Positions 42,689 through 51,755 of a stretch of 64,000 nt of DNA are shown here, piece by piece. A program made the translations under genes and the position numbers. Origin of the DNA: a virus; the IMG/VR virus record IMGVR_UViG_3300025770_000656; one strand, written 5' to 3'. Within the stretch, counting starts at the first letter, position 1. Each line of letters opens with the position of its first letter. The notes under the pieces are model-generated. The model worked only from the letters and a program-made list of their open reading frames with translations. It ran no database searches and was not told where the DNA came from.

Positions 42689-44725
42689 ATGGCTGTAACA
42701 GGTGATTTAGGCGGAAAACCCGTAACTCTAAACAATGCTGCTGAAGAAAACACACTTCAGGACATTAAAAGCCTGCTTGGTCAAACTACCAAAGCCGCAA
42801 ACATTAATGCAAATAATATTAATACAGCTAACATAGCCGCTGGTAAAGCCGCTGGCGGACTAAGCAGTGTAGCTAACTCATCAGGATATGCTAGTAAATC
42901 GTTAGACAATGTATCTAATTCTGTGCGTCAATGGAGTAAAGATGCCCGGGAAAATATTGCCATGGCTACCACTGCATTTGGCAGATCCGTAACATCTACT
43001 GGTGCATCTCTTTCTTCACGGTTATCAATGATGGGTGAAGGCGCACAAAAGCTTCTTGAAGGGTTGCCAGGTTTGCTAGGAACTGTTAGTGGAGCAGCTG
43101 CTGGTATTATAGCGGGACAAATTGCTGGTGTTGCTGAATCGTATGAAAAAGCTCAAGCATCTGGTGGTAGTTTTGGAAACAGTATGATGAATTATGCTGA
43201 TATAGCAAATCAAGCTGGTTTAACCATGGGACAATTACAACGAATAGCAACTCAATCAGCTGAAGCATTAAGTCGTTTTGGTGGAACTACTAATCAGGGT
43301 GCTAGACAGTTTGCTAGATTTAACAAAGGATTACAAGATAGTCCACTGCAGGCAGATTTCATTAGAATGGGAATGAGTATCGAGCAACAAGGTATAGCCA
43401 TGGCTGAGTATACTGGAAATTTAGCTAGGTTCGGTGCTGATCTTGGAACTCTTCCCACTAAACAAGTTGTTGCAGGCATGGCAAATTTAACACGGCAACA
43501 AAAAATGTTTGCTACAATTAATGGAACTACACTGGATCAAGAACGACAGAAGGCAAAACAACAAGCCATGGATATTGATTCCAGGGTCATAGTACGGGGG
43601 ATGGAAGCAGATCAGGCCCAAACAGCCTTAAAGTTTATTGAGCAAATGGGAAAAAGTTATGGTACCGTTGGATCTCAGTTTGCAAAAGAAGTGTTAAACC
43701 ATGGCCGAACCGTAAGTGTAGGTGCTGGTCAGTTTGCATCCAGTATGCCAGCTGTAGCTGGGCCTATGGGAGATTTAGCAAAAGGTATAAAAGATGGGTC
43801 AGTAAAAATGAAGGATCTTGCTGCTGGATTTGGAAGTATTGACCAAACAGCAGCAAACAAACAATTAGATTCAATACAAGATGTATTAAAACTGACTGTT
43901 GGAACTGGAATGGCTACTTCCTTTACTGATATGGGTAAATCATTGTTTATCCCGGCTACTGAAGAATTAGCTAAGTTAACTAATGCAACGTATAGCAAAG
44001 TTATAACAGATGCAAATGCTGTTAGTAAGGCTGCACAAGGTCTAGACCACACCATGGTTGCGCTGACTCAATTAGCGCAGGAATCAGCTAAAGCTGTTGA
44101 GACTGCAACTCAAAAAATACTAGATGGCGAGGGCGGCAGTGCAGTTGGTGAAGCTATAGCTAGTGGCACTGACACATTAACTAATTCGCTAGATGCGTTT
44201 ACCAATGCTATAAACCAGGGAGGCACTTTTACAGATGCACTTGGTGCATTTACAAGCAGTATGGGCAGTGGAGGAGGTGGAGGAGGTGGAGGAGGCAGTT
44301 GGTTACGTGATGCAATTGACTGGGTGACGGCGCCGACGGCGGACAGGGCACTTGGGGGCCCAGTGATAGGCGGGAATACATACCGTGTAAATGAGCAAGG
44401 GCAAGAATTCTTTACGCCACAGCAAAACGGAAATATATCCCCAGCTTCAGGATTTAACCAGATTATGGGCGGTATAGATCAACAAATAGCGCAACTTCAG
44501 CAAATAGATTTAAATAAAGAAATGCAGGCTATGAAAGACCGAATAATACAGGGCGACGGCATGGGTGGAATTATGCATGACCCAACAGCAAGTGTACTTG
44601 ACCAAGAAACAAAAGATGCTATTATGATATTGCCTAGTATTTTGTCTGCTAATATAGATGCAATTGTTAATGCTGATCAAAATACACAAGACGGATTAAA
44701 AGATTTAAGTAGATCTATTGCATAA
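42689..44725 (+). CDS. Tape measure-like protein (gp29-like)
   Basis: 678 aa, Ala/Gly/Gln-rich and helical; RALGGPV...YRVNEQGQEFFTP is a tape-measure-type motif; divergent from gp26. Confidence 0.65.
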   Translation: MAVTGDLGGKPVTLNNAAEENTLQDIKSLLGQTTKAANINANNINTANIAAGKAAGGLSSVANSSGYASKSLDNVSNSVRQWSKDARENIAMATTAFGRSVTSTGASLSSRLSMMGEGAQKLLEGLPGLLGTVSGAAAGIIAGQIAGVAESYEKAQASGGSFGNSMMNYADIANQAGLTMGQLQRIATQSAEALSRFGGTTNQGARQFARFNKGLQDSPLQADFIRMGMSIEQQGIAMAEYTGNLARFGADLGTLPTKQVVAGMANLTRQQKMFATINGTTLDQERQKAKQQAMDIDSRVIVRGMEADQAQTALKFIEQMGKSYGTVGSQFAKEVLNHGRTVSVGAGQFASSMPAVAGPMGDLAKGIKDGSVKMKDLAAGFGSIDQTAANKQLDSIQDVLKLTVGTGMATSFTDMGKSLFIPATEELAKLTNATYSKVITDANAVSKAAQGLDHTMVALTQLAQESAKAVETATQKILDGEGGSAVGEAIASGTDTLTNSLDAFTNAINQGGTFTDALGAFTSSMGSGGGGGGGGGSWLRDAIDWVTAPTADRALGGPVIGGNTYRVNEQGQEFFTPQQNGNISPASGFNQIMGGIDQQIAQLQQIDLNKEMQAMKDRIIQGDGMGGIMHDPTASVLDQETKDAIMILPSILSANIDAIVNADQNTQDGLKDLSRSIA

Positions 44726-44746
44726 GTACTAAAAAGGTGTTATAAT
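44718..44746 (+). promoter_or_regulatory. Sigma70-type promoter directly upstream of the portal gene
   Basis: TTGCAT (44718-23), 17 nt ending in TGn, TATAAT (44741-46); ATG at 44752. Confidence 0.5.
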
Positions 44747-44751
44747 AAGAT

Positions 44752-46491
44752 ATGAGTTGGAAAAAATACTTTAAAACTGTTAACAATACGAGTCCACTTA
44801 CTAATGTGAACTCAGGACAAAGTCAGTCTGACTTAAAATACAGTAACTATGCAAGTAGTTTGCCTGAAGTTTACACTGGTCATGCTAACAGAATTACACG
44901 ATACACTCAGTATGAAAACATGGATGTAGACAGCGAGGTTAATGCCGCTGTAGATATCCTAGCAGAATTTTGTACACAAACAAATACTGAAAATGGAACA
45001 TCATTTGATGTACACTTTCATGACAATCCAAGTGAAAGTGAAGTTGAAGTTATTAAGAAGCAACTTACAAACTGGAACAACATCAACGAATTTAACAAAC
45101 GTGTTTTTAAAATCTTTCGTAATACACTAAAGTATGGCGATCAAGTGTTTGTTAGAGACCCAGAAACATTTCAATGGTCCTGGGTAGAGATGACAAAAGT
45201 TATCAAAGTTATTGTTAATGAAAGTGAAGGTAAAAAGCCTGAACAGTATGTTGTAAAAGATATTAATCCAAACTTACAGAATTTAACAGCTACACAACTT
45301 AACTACAGTGACGATTACCATGGCACTGGTGATCACAAACAGTCTGGATACATTCAGCCTAGTAGCATTTACACAAGTGAAAGTTCAGGAAGTGGACGTT
45401 TTGATAGAAGTGTAAATGAGATTGCTGTTGATGCAGAGCATATTGTACATTGTAGTTTAACTGAAGGATTAGATGCTAACTGGCCTTTCGGAAACAGTAT
45501 ACTTGAAAATATCTTTAAAGTTTACAAGCAAAAAGAATTATTAGAAGATGCTATTATTATCTACCGTATACAACGTGCGCCAGAGCGCCGTGTATTTTAT
45601 GTAGATGTTGGTAACATGCCAGCACACATGGCTATGAGCTTTGTAGAACGTGTTAAGAATGAGATCCATCAGAGACGTATTCCGAGTCAAACAGGTGGCG
45701 GGTCAAACATTATGGATACTACATATAACCCATTAAGTACTAACGAAGATTACTTCTTTCCACAAACAGCGGAAGGAAGAGGATCGAAAGTTGAAACATT
45801 GCCAGGCGGCACAAACCTAGGTGAGATTGACGACTTAAAGTACTTTACAAATAAGTTATATCGTGGATTACGCATACCAAGTAGCTACTTACCCACAGGT
45901 CCTGATGAAGGAGTTGGAAGTTATAATGATGGCCGTGTTGGAACTGCATTAATACAAGAGCATCGCTTTAATGAATACTGTAAAAGACTGCAAAGACTAG
46001 TTGCTGAAACATTTGATAGAGAATTTAAAATGTTTCTTAAATGGCGTGGTTTTGAATTAGACAACAGCAGCTTTGAATTACGCTTTAATGAGCCACAAAA
46101 CTTTAGCAAGTATCGTGAAGTTGAGATGGACGGAACACGTATTAACACGTTTACAAGTCTTGAAGGTTATCCATATTTGAGTAAACGATTCCTAATGCAA
46201 AGATTCTTAGGCCTTACTGAAGAAGAAATGCTGGAAAATACTAATATGTGGCGTGAAGAAAACGTAGACGATCAAGAATCAGATATGCCTAACATGCGTA
46301 GTGTTGGTATTACTCCTGGCGGTATTGAAACAGATCTAGATACATTTACTCCGCCAGATTTAGATACATCTGACGATCCAGCTGATGCTGAAGCTACTGG
46401 TGACGAGCCAGGTGCTGGACAAGCAGACGCTACTGGGACAACTAGTCCAATACCTGGATCTCCAGCGCCAGCAGAAGCACCAACAACATAA
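44752..46491 (+). CDS. gp20: Portal vertex protein
   Basis: YENMDVDSEVNAAVDILAEF; LLEDAIIIYRIQRAPERRVFYVDVGNMP; EDYFFPQ..EGRGSKVETLPGG.NLGEIDD. Confidence 0.95.
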   Translation: MSWKKYFKTVNNTSPLTNVNSGQSQSDLKYSNYASSLPEVYTGHANRITRYTQYENMDVDSEVNAAVDILAEFCTQTNTENGTSFDVHFHDNPSESEVEVIKKQLTNWNNINEFNKRVFKIFRNTLKYGDQVFVRDPETFQWSWVEMTKVIKVIVNESEGKKPEQYVVKDINPNLQNLTATQLNYSDDYHGTGDHKQSGYIQPSSIYTSESSGSGRFDRSVNEIAVDAEHIVHCSLTEGLDANWPFGNSILENIFKVYKQKELLEDAIIIYRIQRAPERRVFYVDVGNMPAHMAMSFVERVKNEIHQRRIPSQTGGGSNIMDTTYNPLSTNEDYFFPQTAEGRGSKVETLPGGTNLGEIDDLKYFTNKLYRGLRIPSSYLPTGPDEGVGSYNDGRVGTALIQEHRFNEYCKRLQRLVAETFDREFKMFLKWRGFELDNSSFELRFNEPQNFSKYREVEMDGTRINTFTSLEGYPYLSKRFLMQRFLGLTEEEMLENTNMWREENVDDQESDMPNMRSVGITPGGIETDLDTFTPPDLDTSDDPADAEATGDEPGAGQADATGTTSPIPGSPAPAEAPTT

Positions 46492-46509
46492 ATAGTGTTG
46501 GAGTAAAAG

Positions 46510-46725
46510 ATGCAACTTAATGATTTAATAACAGAAAATGCTAAAGAGTTACATGACAACAAGTCTGATAACAGTAAAGCTGAAAAAACTGATACTAGAA
46601 AAACACGTCTTACACTAGAACAAATTAATAAGTTACGTATGCTCAATGATAAAAAGATCGCTGAGTATCAAGAAAATCTTTCAAAGATAAAGCAGCAATT
46701 CTCTGCTCCTGCCGAAGCTGCCTAA
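46510..46725 (+). CDS. Small head-module protein
   Basis: 71 aa, contains DTRKTRLTLEQINKLR; directly after the portal gene. Confidence 0.6.
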   Translation: MQLNDLITENAKELHDNKSDNSKAEKTDTRKTRLTLEQINKLRMLNDKKIAEYQENLSKIKQQFSAPAEAA

Positions 46726-46853
46726 TAATTTTTGGTTAATTTGTAATATATTTTACAAAAAATACCTTTTTGAGCCAAAAACCCCCCTTAATCACTCATA
46801 AATAAAGTGCATAGTTAAATAACTTAAATGCCTTACAAAGGAGCCCTATTGTT

Positions 46854-47558
46854 ATGAGCGATAAATTTAATGACTTAATTGAGCTTATCATCTCTGAAGA
46901 TGAAGATAAAGCTAAGGAACTTTTCCACGAGATTGTCGTCGAAAAGAGCCGTGAAATTTACGAAACACTTGATGAAGATCAAGTCGAAGAAAATCTAGAA
47001 GATCTAGAAGAATATGCTGATGAAGAAGTTTCAGAAGATGAAATTGATGAAAGCGATTTCGAAGAAGAGCTAGGCGGAGATCAAGTAGACGATATGATCG
47101 ACGACATTGAATCTGACGAAGCTGGACTTGCAGTTGAAGCTGAGGACGAAGACGAAGACATGGAAGATCGTGTTGTTGATCTCGAAGATGCATTAGACGA
47201 ACTTAAAGCCGAATTTGAAAAAATTATGGCTGGTGACGACGATGAGCCAGAAATGGACATGGACATGGACATGGACATGGACGACGAGCCAGAAATGGAC
47301 ATGGACGACGATGAAGCTGATGAAGAAGAAATGGAATCAGTTGAAGAAAACGAAATGGTACGTGAGTACACCGAAAAAGTTGCAGCACCATCAAATAGTG
47401 AAGAAGGTGACGGAAAAGCTGGACCAGTTGCAAAAAATGCAAAAGCTCCATCCGGCGCCAAAGCACACCCTGCACAAACTGGCGAAGAGTCAGGCGGATC
47501 TACTCCAAAGTATGATGATGCTAACATGACTACCGAACCAGACATGAAGAAAGTTTAA
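46854..47558 (+). CDS. Highly acidic prohead core/scaffold-type protein (gp67-like by position)
   Basis: Very Asp/Glu-rich 234 aa immediately upstream of gp21; late-type TAAATA at 46816-46821 and an AAGGAG Shine-Dalgarno. Confidence 0.6.
   Translation: MSDKFNDLIELIISEDEDKAKELFHEIVVEKSREIYETLDEDQVEENLEDLEEYADEEVSEDEIDESDFEEELGGDQVDDMIDDIESDEAGLAVEAEDEDEDMEDRVVDLEDALDELKAEFEKIMAGDDDEPEMDMDMDMDMDDEPEMDMDDDEADEEEMESVEENEMVREYTEKVAAPSNSEEGDGKAGPVAKNAKAPSGAKAHPAQTGEESGGSTPKYDDANMTTEPDMKKV
47253..47282 (+). repeat. (ATGGAC)5 microsatellite encoding (Met-Asp)n
   Basis: Five perfect hexamers, with two more copies 12 nt downstream. Confidence 0.9.
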
Positions 47559-47568
47559 GGCCGGGCTT

Positions 47569-48192
47569 ATGAACTTACTTAGAGAAACCCTTACGTTCGA
47601 TCAAGCGGAAATCGTAACAGAGACTGCCAACGACGGCAAGGATCTCTATATGAAAGGCATTTGTATTCAGGGCGGGGTAGAAAACGCAAATAAGCGTATA
47701 TACCCTGTTACTGAAATCTCCAATGCCGTCAAGCAACTCAATGATCAAGTTTCAAGTGGCAATAGTGTGCTAGGCGAAGTTGATCATCCAGATGATTTAA
47801 AAATTAATTTAGATCGGGTCAGCCATATGATAGAAAATATGTGGATGGATGGGCCTAACGGCTTTGGAAAATTAAAGATATTACCCACACCAATGGGCCA
47901 ACTAGTTAAAACTATGTTGGAAAGTGGAGTTAAACTGGGCGTAAGTAGTAGAGGAAGTGGTGAAGTCAACGAATCCACTAGTCACGTTACAGGTTTCGAG
48001 ATTGTCACAGTCGACATTGTGGCACAACCCAGTGCTCCAAATGCATATCCTAAAGCAATCTATGAAGGATTACTTAATATGCGTAATGGGCACACTGTAT
48101 TTGAGATGGCCAAAGAAGCAAGTGGCAATCGTAAAGTACAGAAATACCTTAAGGACGAAGTTGTTCGTCTTATTAAGGACCTAAAGATCTAG
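47569..48192 (+). CDS. gp21: Prohead protease
   Basis: NANKRIYP, LGEVDHP, VSHMI, GKLKILPTPMG, LGVSSRGSG, VDIVAQPSAPNAYP. Confidence 0.93.
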   Translation: MNLLRETLTFDQAEIVTETANDGKDLYMKGICIQGGVENANKRIYPVTEISNAVKQLNDQVSSGNSVLGEVDHPDDLKINLDRVSHMIENMWMDGPNGFGKLKILPTPMGQLVKTMLESGVKLGVSSRGSGEVNESTSHVTGFEIVTVDIVAQPSAPNAYPKAIYEGLLNMRNGHTVFEMAKEASGNRKVQKYLKDEVVRLIKDLKI

Positions 48193-48201
48193 GAGATTAT
48201 A

Positions 48202-49308
48202 ATGCTAGATGCTATCAAACCATTATTGGATAGCGACCTTATCAACGAAGAAACCCGTACTCAAATTGCTGAGGCATGGGAATCTAAGTTAACAGAAACT
48301 AAAGAGAAGGTCAGAGCAGAGCTCCGCGAGGAATTCGCTCAACGCTATGAGCATGATAAGAGTGTAATGGTTGAAGCCTTAGATCGTATGGTTACTGATA
48401 ACTTAACAGCAGAGTTAACTGAATTTGCAGAAGAGAAAAAAGCACTTTCAGAAGATCGTGCCAAGTTTGTTGCTCGTATGCAAGAAACTAGTGGTACATT
48501 CGATAAGTTTCTAGTTGGACAGTTAGCTGAAGAAATTAATGAATTCAAAGCTGACCGCCAATTACAAAGCGAATATATGAGCAAAATTGAAGCCTTTATC
48601 GGTGAAGCTCTTGCTAAAGAAATTACTGAGTTCCAAGAAGATCGTAATGATGTTGTTGAAACAAAAGTACGCCTTGTTAAAGAAGCACGTAGTCAGTTTG
48701 ACGAACTAAAGAAAAAGTTTGTACAAACTTCAGCTACGCTAGTTAAAGAATCAGTTTCTAACCATCTAAACGCCGAAATCACTCAACTACGTGAAGACAT
48801 CGAATCAGCTAAAGCTAGTAGCTTTGGCCGTAAGATTTTCGAAGCATATGCTAGTGAATTTAGTGCAAGTCATCTTAATGAAAATCAAGAAATCAAAGAC
48901 CTCCAACAGGCGGTTGCTGAGAAAGATGAAGCATTAATTAAAGCACAAGCAGAAGCTGCTGAAAAATCACACATTATTGAGAGCAAAGAAACAGAGATTG
49001 CAGCCATTAACGAAAGCGCAGAGCGCAAAGAGGCAATGGTAGATCTTTTAAAGCCACTCAATAAAGAAAAAGGCGCAGTAATGCGCGACCTTCTTGAAAG
49101 CGTTCAAACAAGCAAACTAAAGTCTGCTTATGATCGTTATCTTCCAGTTGTTCTAGACGGCAAAGCACCTAAACCACAAGCTGAAAAGCAAATGGTTAGT
49201 GAAAGTCGTGTAGCTGTTACTGGTAACAAAGAAGAAAAACAAGCAACACCTGCCGAAGCAGACAATAGTAATATCGTCGAACTCCGCAAGTTAGCTGGCT
49301 TGAAATAA
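48202..49308 (+). CDS. gp22: Prohead scaffolding protein
   Basis: Glu/Lys-rich coiled coil between gp21 and gp23; contains GRKIFEAYASEF. Confidence 0.85.
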   Translation: MLDAIKPLLDSDLINEETRTQIAEAWESKLTETKEKVRAELREEFAQRYEHDKSVMVEALDRMVTDNLTAELTEFAEEKKALSEDRAKFVARMQETSGTFDKFLVGQLAEEINEFKADRQLQSEYMSKIEAFIGEALAKEITEFQEDRNDVVETKVRLVKEARSQFDELKKKFVQTSATLVKESVSNHLNAEITQLREDIESAKASSFGRKIFEAYASEFSASHLNENQEIKDLQQAVAEKDEALIKAQAEAAEKSHIIESKETEIAAINESAERKEAMVDLLKPLNKEKGAVMRDLLESVQTSKLKSAYDRYLPVVLDGKAPKPQAEKQMVSESRVAVTGNKEEKQATPAEADNSNIVELRKLAGLK

Positions 49309-49329
49309 AGTACTAGAGGAGACTATAAA

Positions 49330-50514
49330 ATGTCAGACGTACTATTAGAAAGCCGTTGGGACGAAACTAAGGACGCTCTACTTGAGGGTCTAGACGGAAC
49401 TCGTCGCGGCGCAATGTCAACTGTTCTCGAGAACACACGACGTTATCTCTCTGAAGCTGCATCAAGCGGTGCAACTGCTTCAGGCAACATGGCTACACTA
49501 AACAGAGTTATTTTACCTGTTATCCGACGTGTAATGCCAACAGTTATCGCCAACGAAATCGTTGGTGTTCAACCAATGCAGGGCCCAGTAGGTCAAATTC
49601 ACACACTACGTGTTCGTTATGCAGACAGCGTAAACTCAACAGCGAGTTCACCTTTTGACACAGACACAACAGCTGGTGATGAAGCACTTAGCCCATTCAA
49701 AATTGCTACAGCATATTCCGGTTCTACAACAACTGGTAAAGCTGATAATACAGCAGCTAAAGAAGGTGGCGGCGGAAGCAAAATTTCCATCCAAATCCTC
49801 AAGCAGCCTGTAGAAGCAAAAACACGTAAGCTACAAGCTCGTTGGACTTTTGAAGCAGCCCAGGACGCACAGAGCATGCATGGTATCGACGTAGAAGCCG
49901 AAATCATGGCAGCACTTGCCCAGGAAATTACCGCTGAAATCGACCAAGAGGTTCTAGGTTCACTTCGCTCACTAGCAGCAACAGAAGAGACCTTTAACCA
50001 AGCAGCAGTTAGTGGTACAGCTACTTACGTTGGTGACGAGCATGCAGCTCTTGCAGTACTAATTAACCGTACAGCAAACAAGATTGCTCAGCGCACACGA
50101 CGTGGTTCTGGTAACTGGGCCGTTGTTTCTCAAGAAGGCCTTACAGTTCTACAGAGTGCAAGCACTAGTGCTTTTGCTCGTACAACAGAAGGTACTTTTG
50201 AAGCACCAACAAACACTAAGTTCGTTGGTACACTAAACGGCGCAATGCGTATCTATGTAGACGGTTATGCAAATGACAGTCAAGCAGTTCTAGTTGGCTA
50301 CAAAGGTGGAAGTGAAACCGATGCAGCAGCTTTCTACTGCCCATACATTCCACTAATGAGCAGTGGTACAGTACTAGATCCAGATACATTCGAGCCAGTA
50401 GTTAGCTTCATGACACGTTATGGTTATGTAGAGCTATCTAACACCGCATCATCACTCGGTAACGCCGGTGATTATCTTGGTGAGGTTGCAATGTCAAACA
50501 TTAGCTTCAGCTAA
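49330..50514 (+). CDS. gp23: Major capsid protein, T4 gp23 superfamily
   Basis: ILPVIRRVMPTVIANEIVGVQPMQGPVGQIHTLR; TRKLQARWTFEAAQD; EITAEIDQE; FYCPYIPL; MTRYG. Confidence 0.97.
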   Translation: MSDVLLESRWDETKDALLEGLDGTRRGAMSTVLENTRRYLSEAASSGATASGNMATLNRVILPVIRRVMPTVIANEIVGVQPMQGPVGQIHTLRVRYADSVNSTASSPFDTDTTAGDEALSPFKIATAYSGSTTTGKADNTAAKEGGGGSKISIQILKQPVEAKTRKLQARWTFEAAQDAQSMHGIDVEAEIMAALAQEITAEIDQEVLGSLRSLAATEETFNQAAVSGTATYVGDEHAALAVLINRTANKIAQRTRRGSGNWAVVSQEGLTVLQSASTSAFARTTEGTFEAPTNTKFVGTLNGAMRIYVDGYANDSQAVLVGYKGGSETDAAAFYCPYIPLMSSGTVLDPDTFEPVVSFMTRYGYVELSNTASSLGNAGDYLGEVAMSNISFS

Positions 50515-50541
50515 TAGTTGGATTATAGAACCAAACAGATT

Positions 50542-50566
50542 TGGGAGGCTTCGGCCTCCCATTTTT
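50542..50566 (+). terminator. Rho-independent terminator with C(UUCG)G loop
   Basis: TGGGAGGC-TTCG-GCCTCCCA followed by TTTTT, just after gp23. Confidence 0.9.
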
Positions 50567-50568
50567 GT

Positions 50569-50650
50569 GATAAATACAATATCAGCTAAGACTGATTTAT
50601 GCGGTATACCAACCGCGTAGTGGGATAGAACCCTCATAAGGAGAAACAAA
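50569..50650 (+). promoter_or_regulatory. Late promoter plus structured 5' leader
   Basis: GATAAATAC at 50569-77; hairpins ATCAG/CTGAT and TATGCGGT/ACCGCGTA; TAAGGAG Shine-Dalgarno; ATG at 50651. Confidence 0.55.
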
Positions 50651-51085
50651 ATGGGAAGACCAATTAAAAGCGCAGAAACAGTAGGCGGAACATCAAAAGT
50701 AGCGGCTGCTAACACTGCATTACCAATCGGTTCAAGTGGCCTAAGTGGTAACCAGATGATTATGCAGGCATTTGTAACAAGTGGAAGTGCCAATGCTACT
50801 ACTGAAATTATCCAAAAAGGTAACAAGAAGTTTCGTGTCACTACTTCAGACGGCACAGAAACTTGTGTATTGACCGCAGTAGTGCAAGGTTCATTAGCAG
50901 CAGCACAGTGTCAGATTACTGGTACAGATAGTGCAGGTGGTACTTACTTTGCAAGTCAAATTACAGGACGTCACTTTGTAGTTGGTGCTCTAGGCACAGG
51001 TTCACAATTTGCAGTAGGTGATAAAGCATTGCTTGTTGCATCAGGACCAGTGGAAAATGTAAGTTTATCCGTACCTAACGGTTAA
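50651..51085 (+). CDS. Putative virion structural protein
   Basis: 144 aa after gp23 with its own late promoter and strong Shine-Dalgarno; contains IIQKGNKKFRV. Confidence 0.65.
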   Translation: MGRPIKSAETVGGTSKVAAANTALPIGSSGLSGNQMIMQAFVTSGSANATTEIIQKGNKKFRVTTSDGTETCVLTAVVQGSLAAAQCQITGTDSAGGTYFASQITGRHFVVGALGTGSQFAVGDKALLVASGPVENVSLSVPNG

Positions 51086-51095
51086 TACTTGACAC

Positions 51096-51125
51096 TTGAC
51101 ATCATTAAAGGGTTATTGTTATAAT
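51096..51125 (+). promoter_or_regulatory. Consensus sigma70 promoter
   Basis: TTGACA (51096-51101), 18 nt ending in TGn, TATAAT (51120-25). A second TTGACA lies at 51089-94. Confidence 0.75.
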
Positions 51126-51143
51126 AAACAGTAACCTTTTTTT
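51111..51143 (+). terminator. Rho-independent terminator overlapping the promoter
   Basis: GGTTATTGTT-ATAATA-AACAGTAACC followed by seven T. Confidence 0.65.
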
Positions 51144-51152
51144 GTGGAAAAA

Positions 51153-51734
51153 ATGAAAGAATTTGCATTTATATTAGGAAATGGTAAAAGCAGACTTGTG
51201 TTTACGCCAGAAGACCTAAGTAAACACGGATCTGTATATGGATGTAATCGTATATACCAAGAACACGATGTAGATGTTCTTGTAAGTACTGACCCAGGAA
51301 TGACACAGGAGATTATTTCTACTGGATATCCTGATAACAAGATACACTACACAAGAGAGAAAGAAATAGCTTTTGGCGGTACAAGCAAAGTACTAAATCC
51401 ATTATGGTCTGGATTTAGCTCAGGGCCTAATGCACTAGCTCAAGCATGTCAAGATGGATTTCCCTACTGTTTTTTAATAGGCATGGACTTAATATCTGAT
51501 ACAAGCTATGTTAACAACTTGTATGCTGATACTAGAAATTATAAAGTTAGTACTGACAAACCTACATTTTCATTGAACTGGGAAAAGCAAGTGTTAGAAA
51601 TACTACAGTATTATCCTAACACACGAGTTATACATGTAAACCCGCTATTACATTACACTCCAGCAGCATGGTTAGACTTATCAAACTGTGAAACAATGAC
51701 AGTAGACCAGTTCAGGGCAATGATAAATAATTAA
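51153..51734 (+). CDS. Rossmann-like sugar-transferase-type protein (MAF_flag10/DUF115-like, putative)
   Basis: AFILGNGKSR, VYGCNRIY, DVLVSTD, SSGPNAL, CFLIGMDL. Confidence 0.45.
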   Translation: MKEFAFILGNGKSRLVFTPEDLSKHGSVYGCNRIYQEHDVDVLVSTDPGMTQEIISTGYPDNKIHYTREKEIAFGGTSKVLNPLWSGFSSGPNALAQACQDGFPYCFLIGMDLISDTSYVNNLYADTRNYKVSTDKPTFSLNWEKQVLEILQYYPNTRVIHVNPLLHYTPAAWLDLSNCETMTVDQFRAMINN

Positions 51735-51755
51735 AATACGTATTTAGGTGTAAGA

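Noticed and set aside
46726-46853. AT-rich nested hairpins upstream of the prohead core operon
   Set aside because: The stems are mostly A-T runs expected by chance in this composition; only the TAAATA motif and Shine-Dalgarno are retained.
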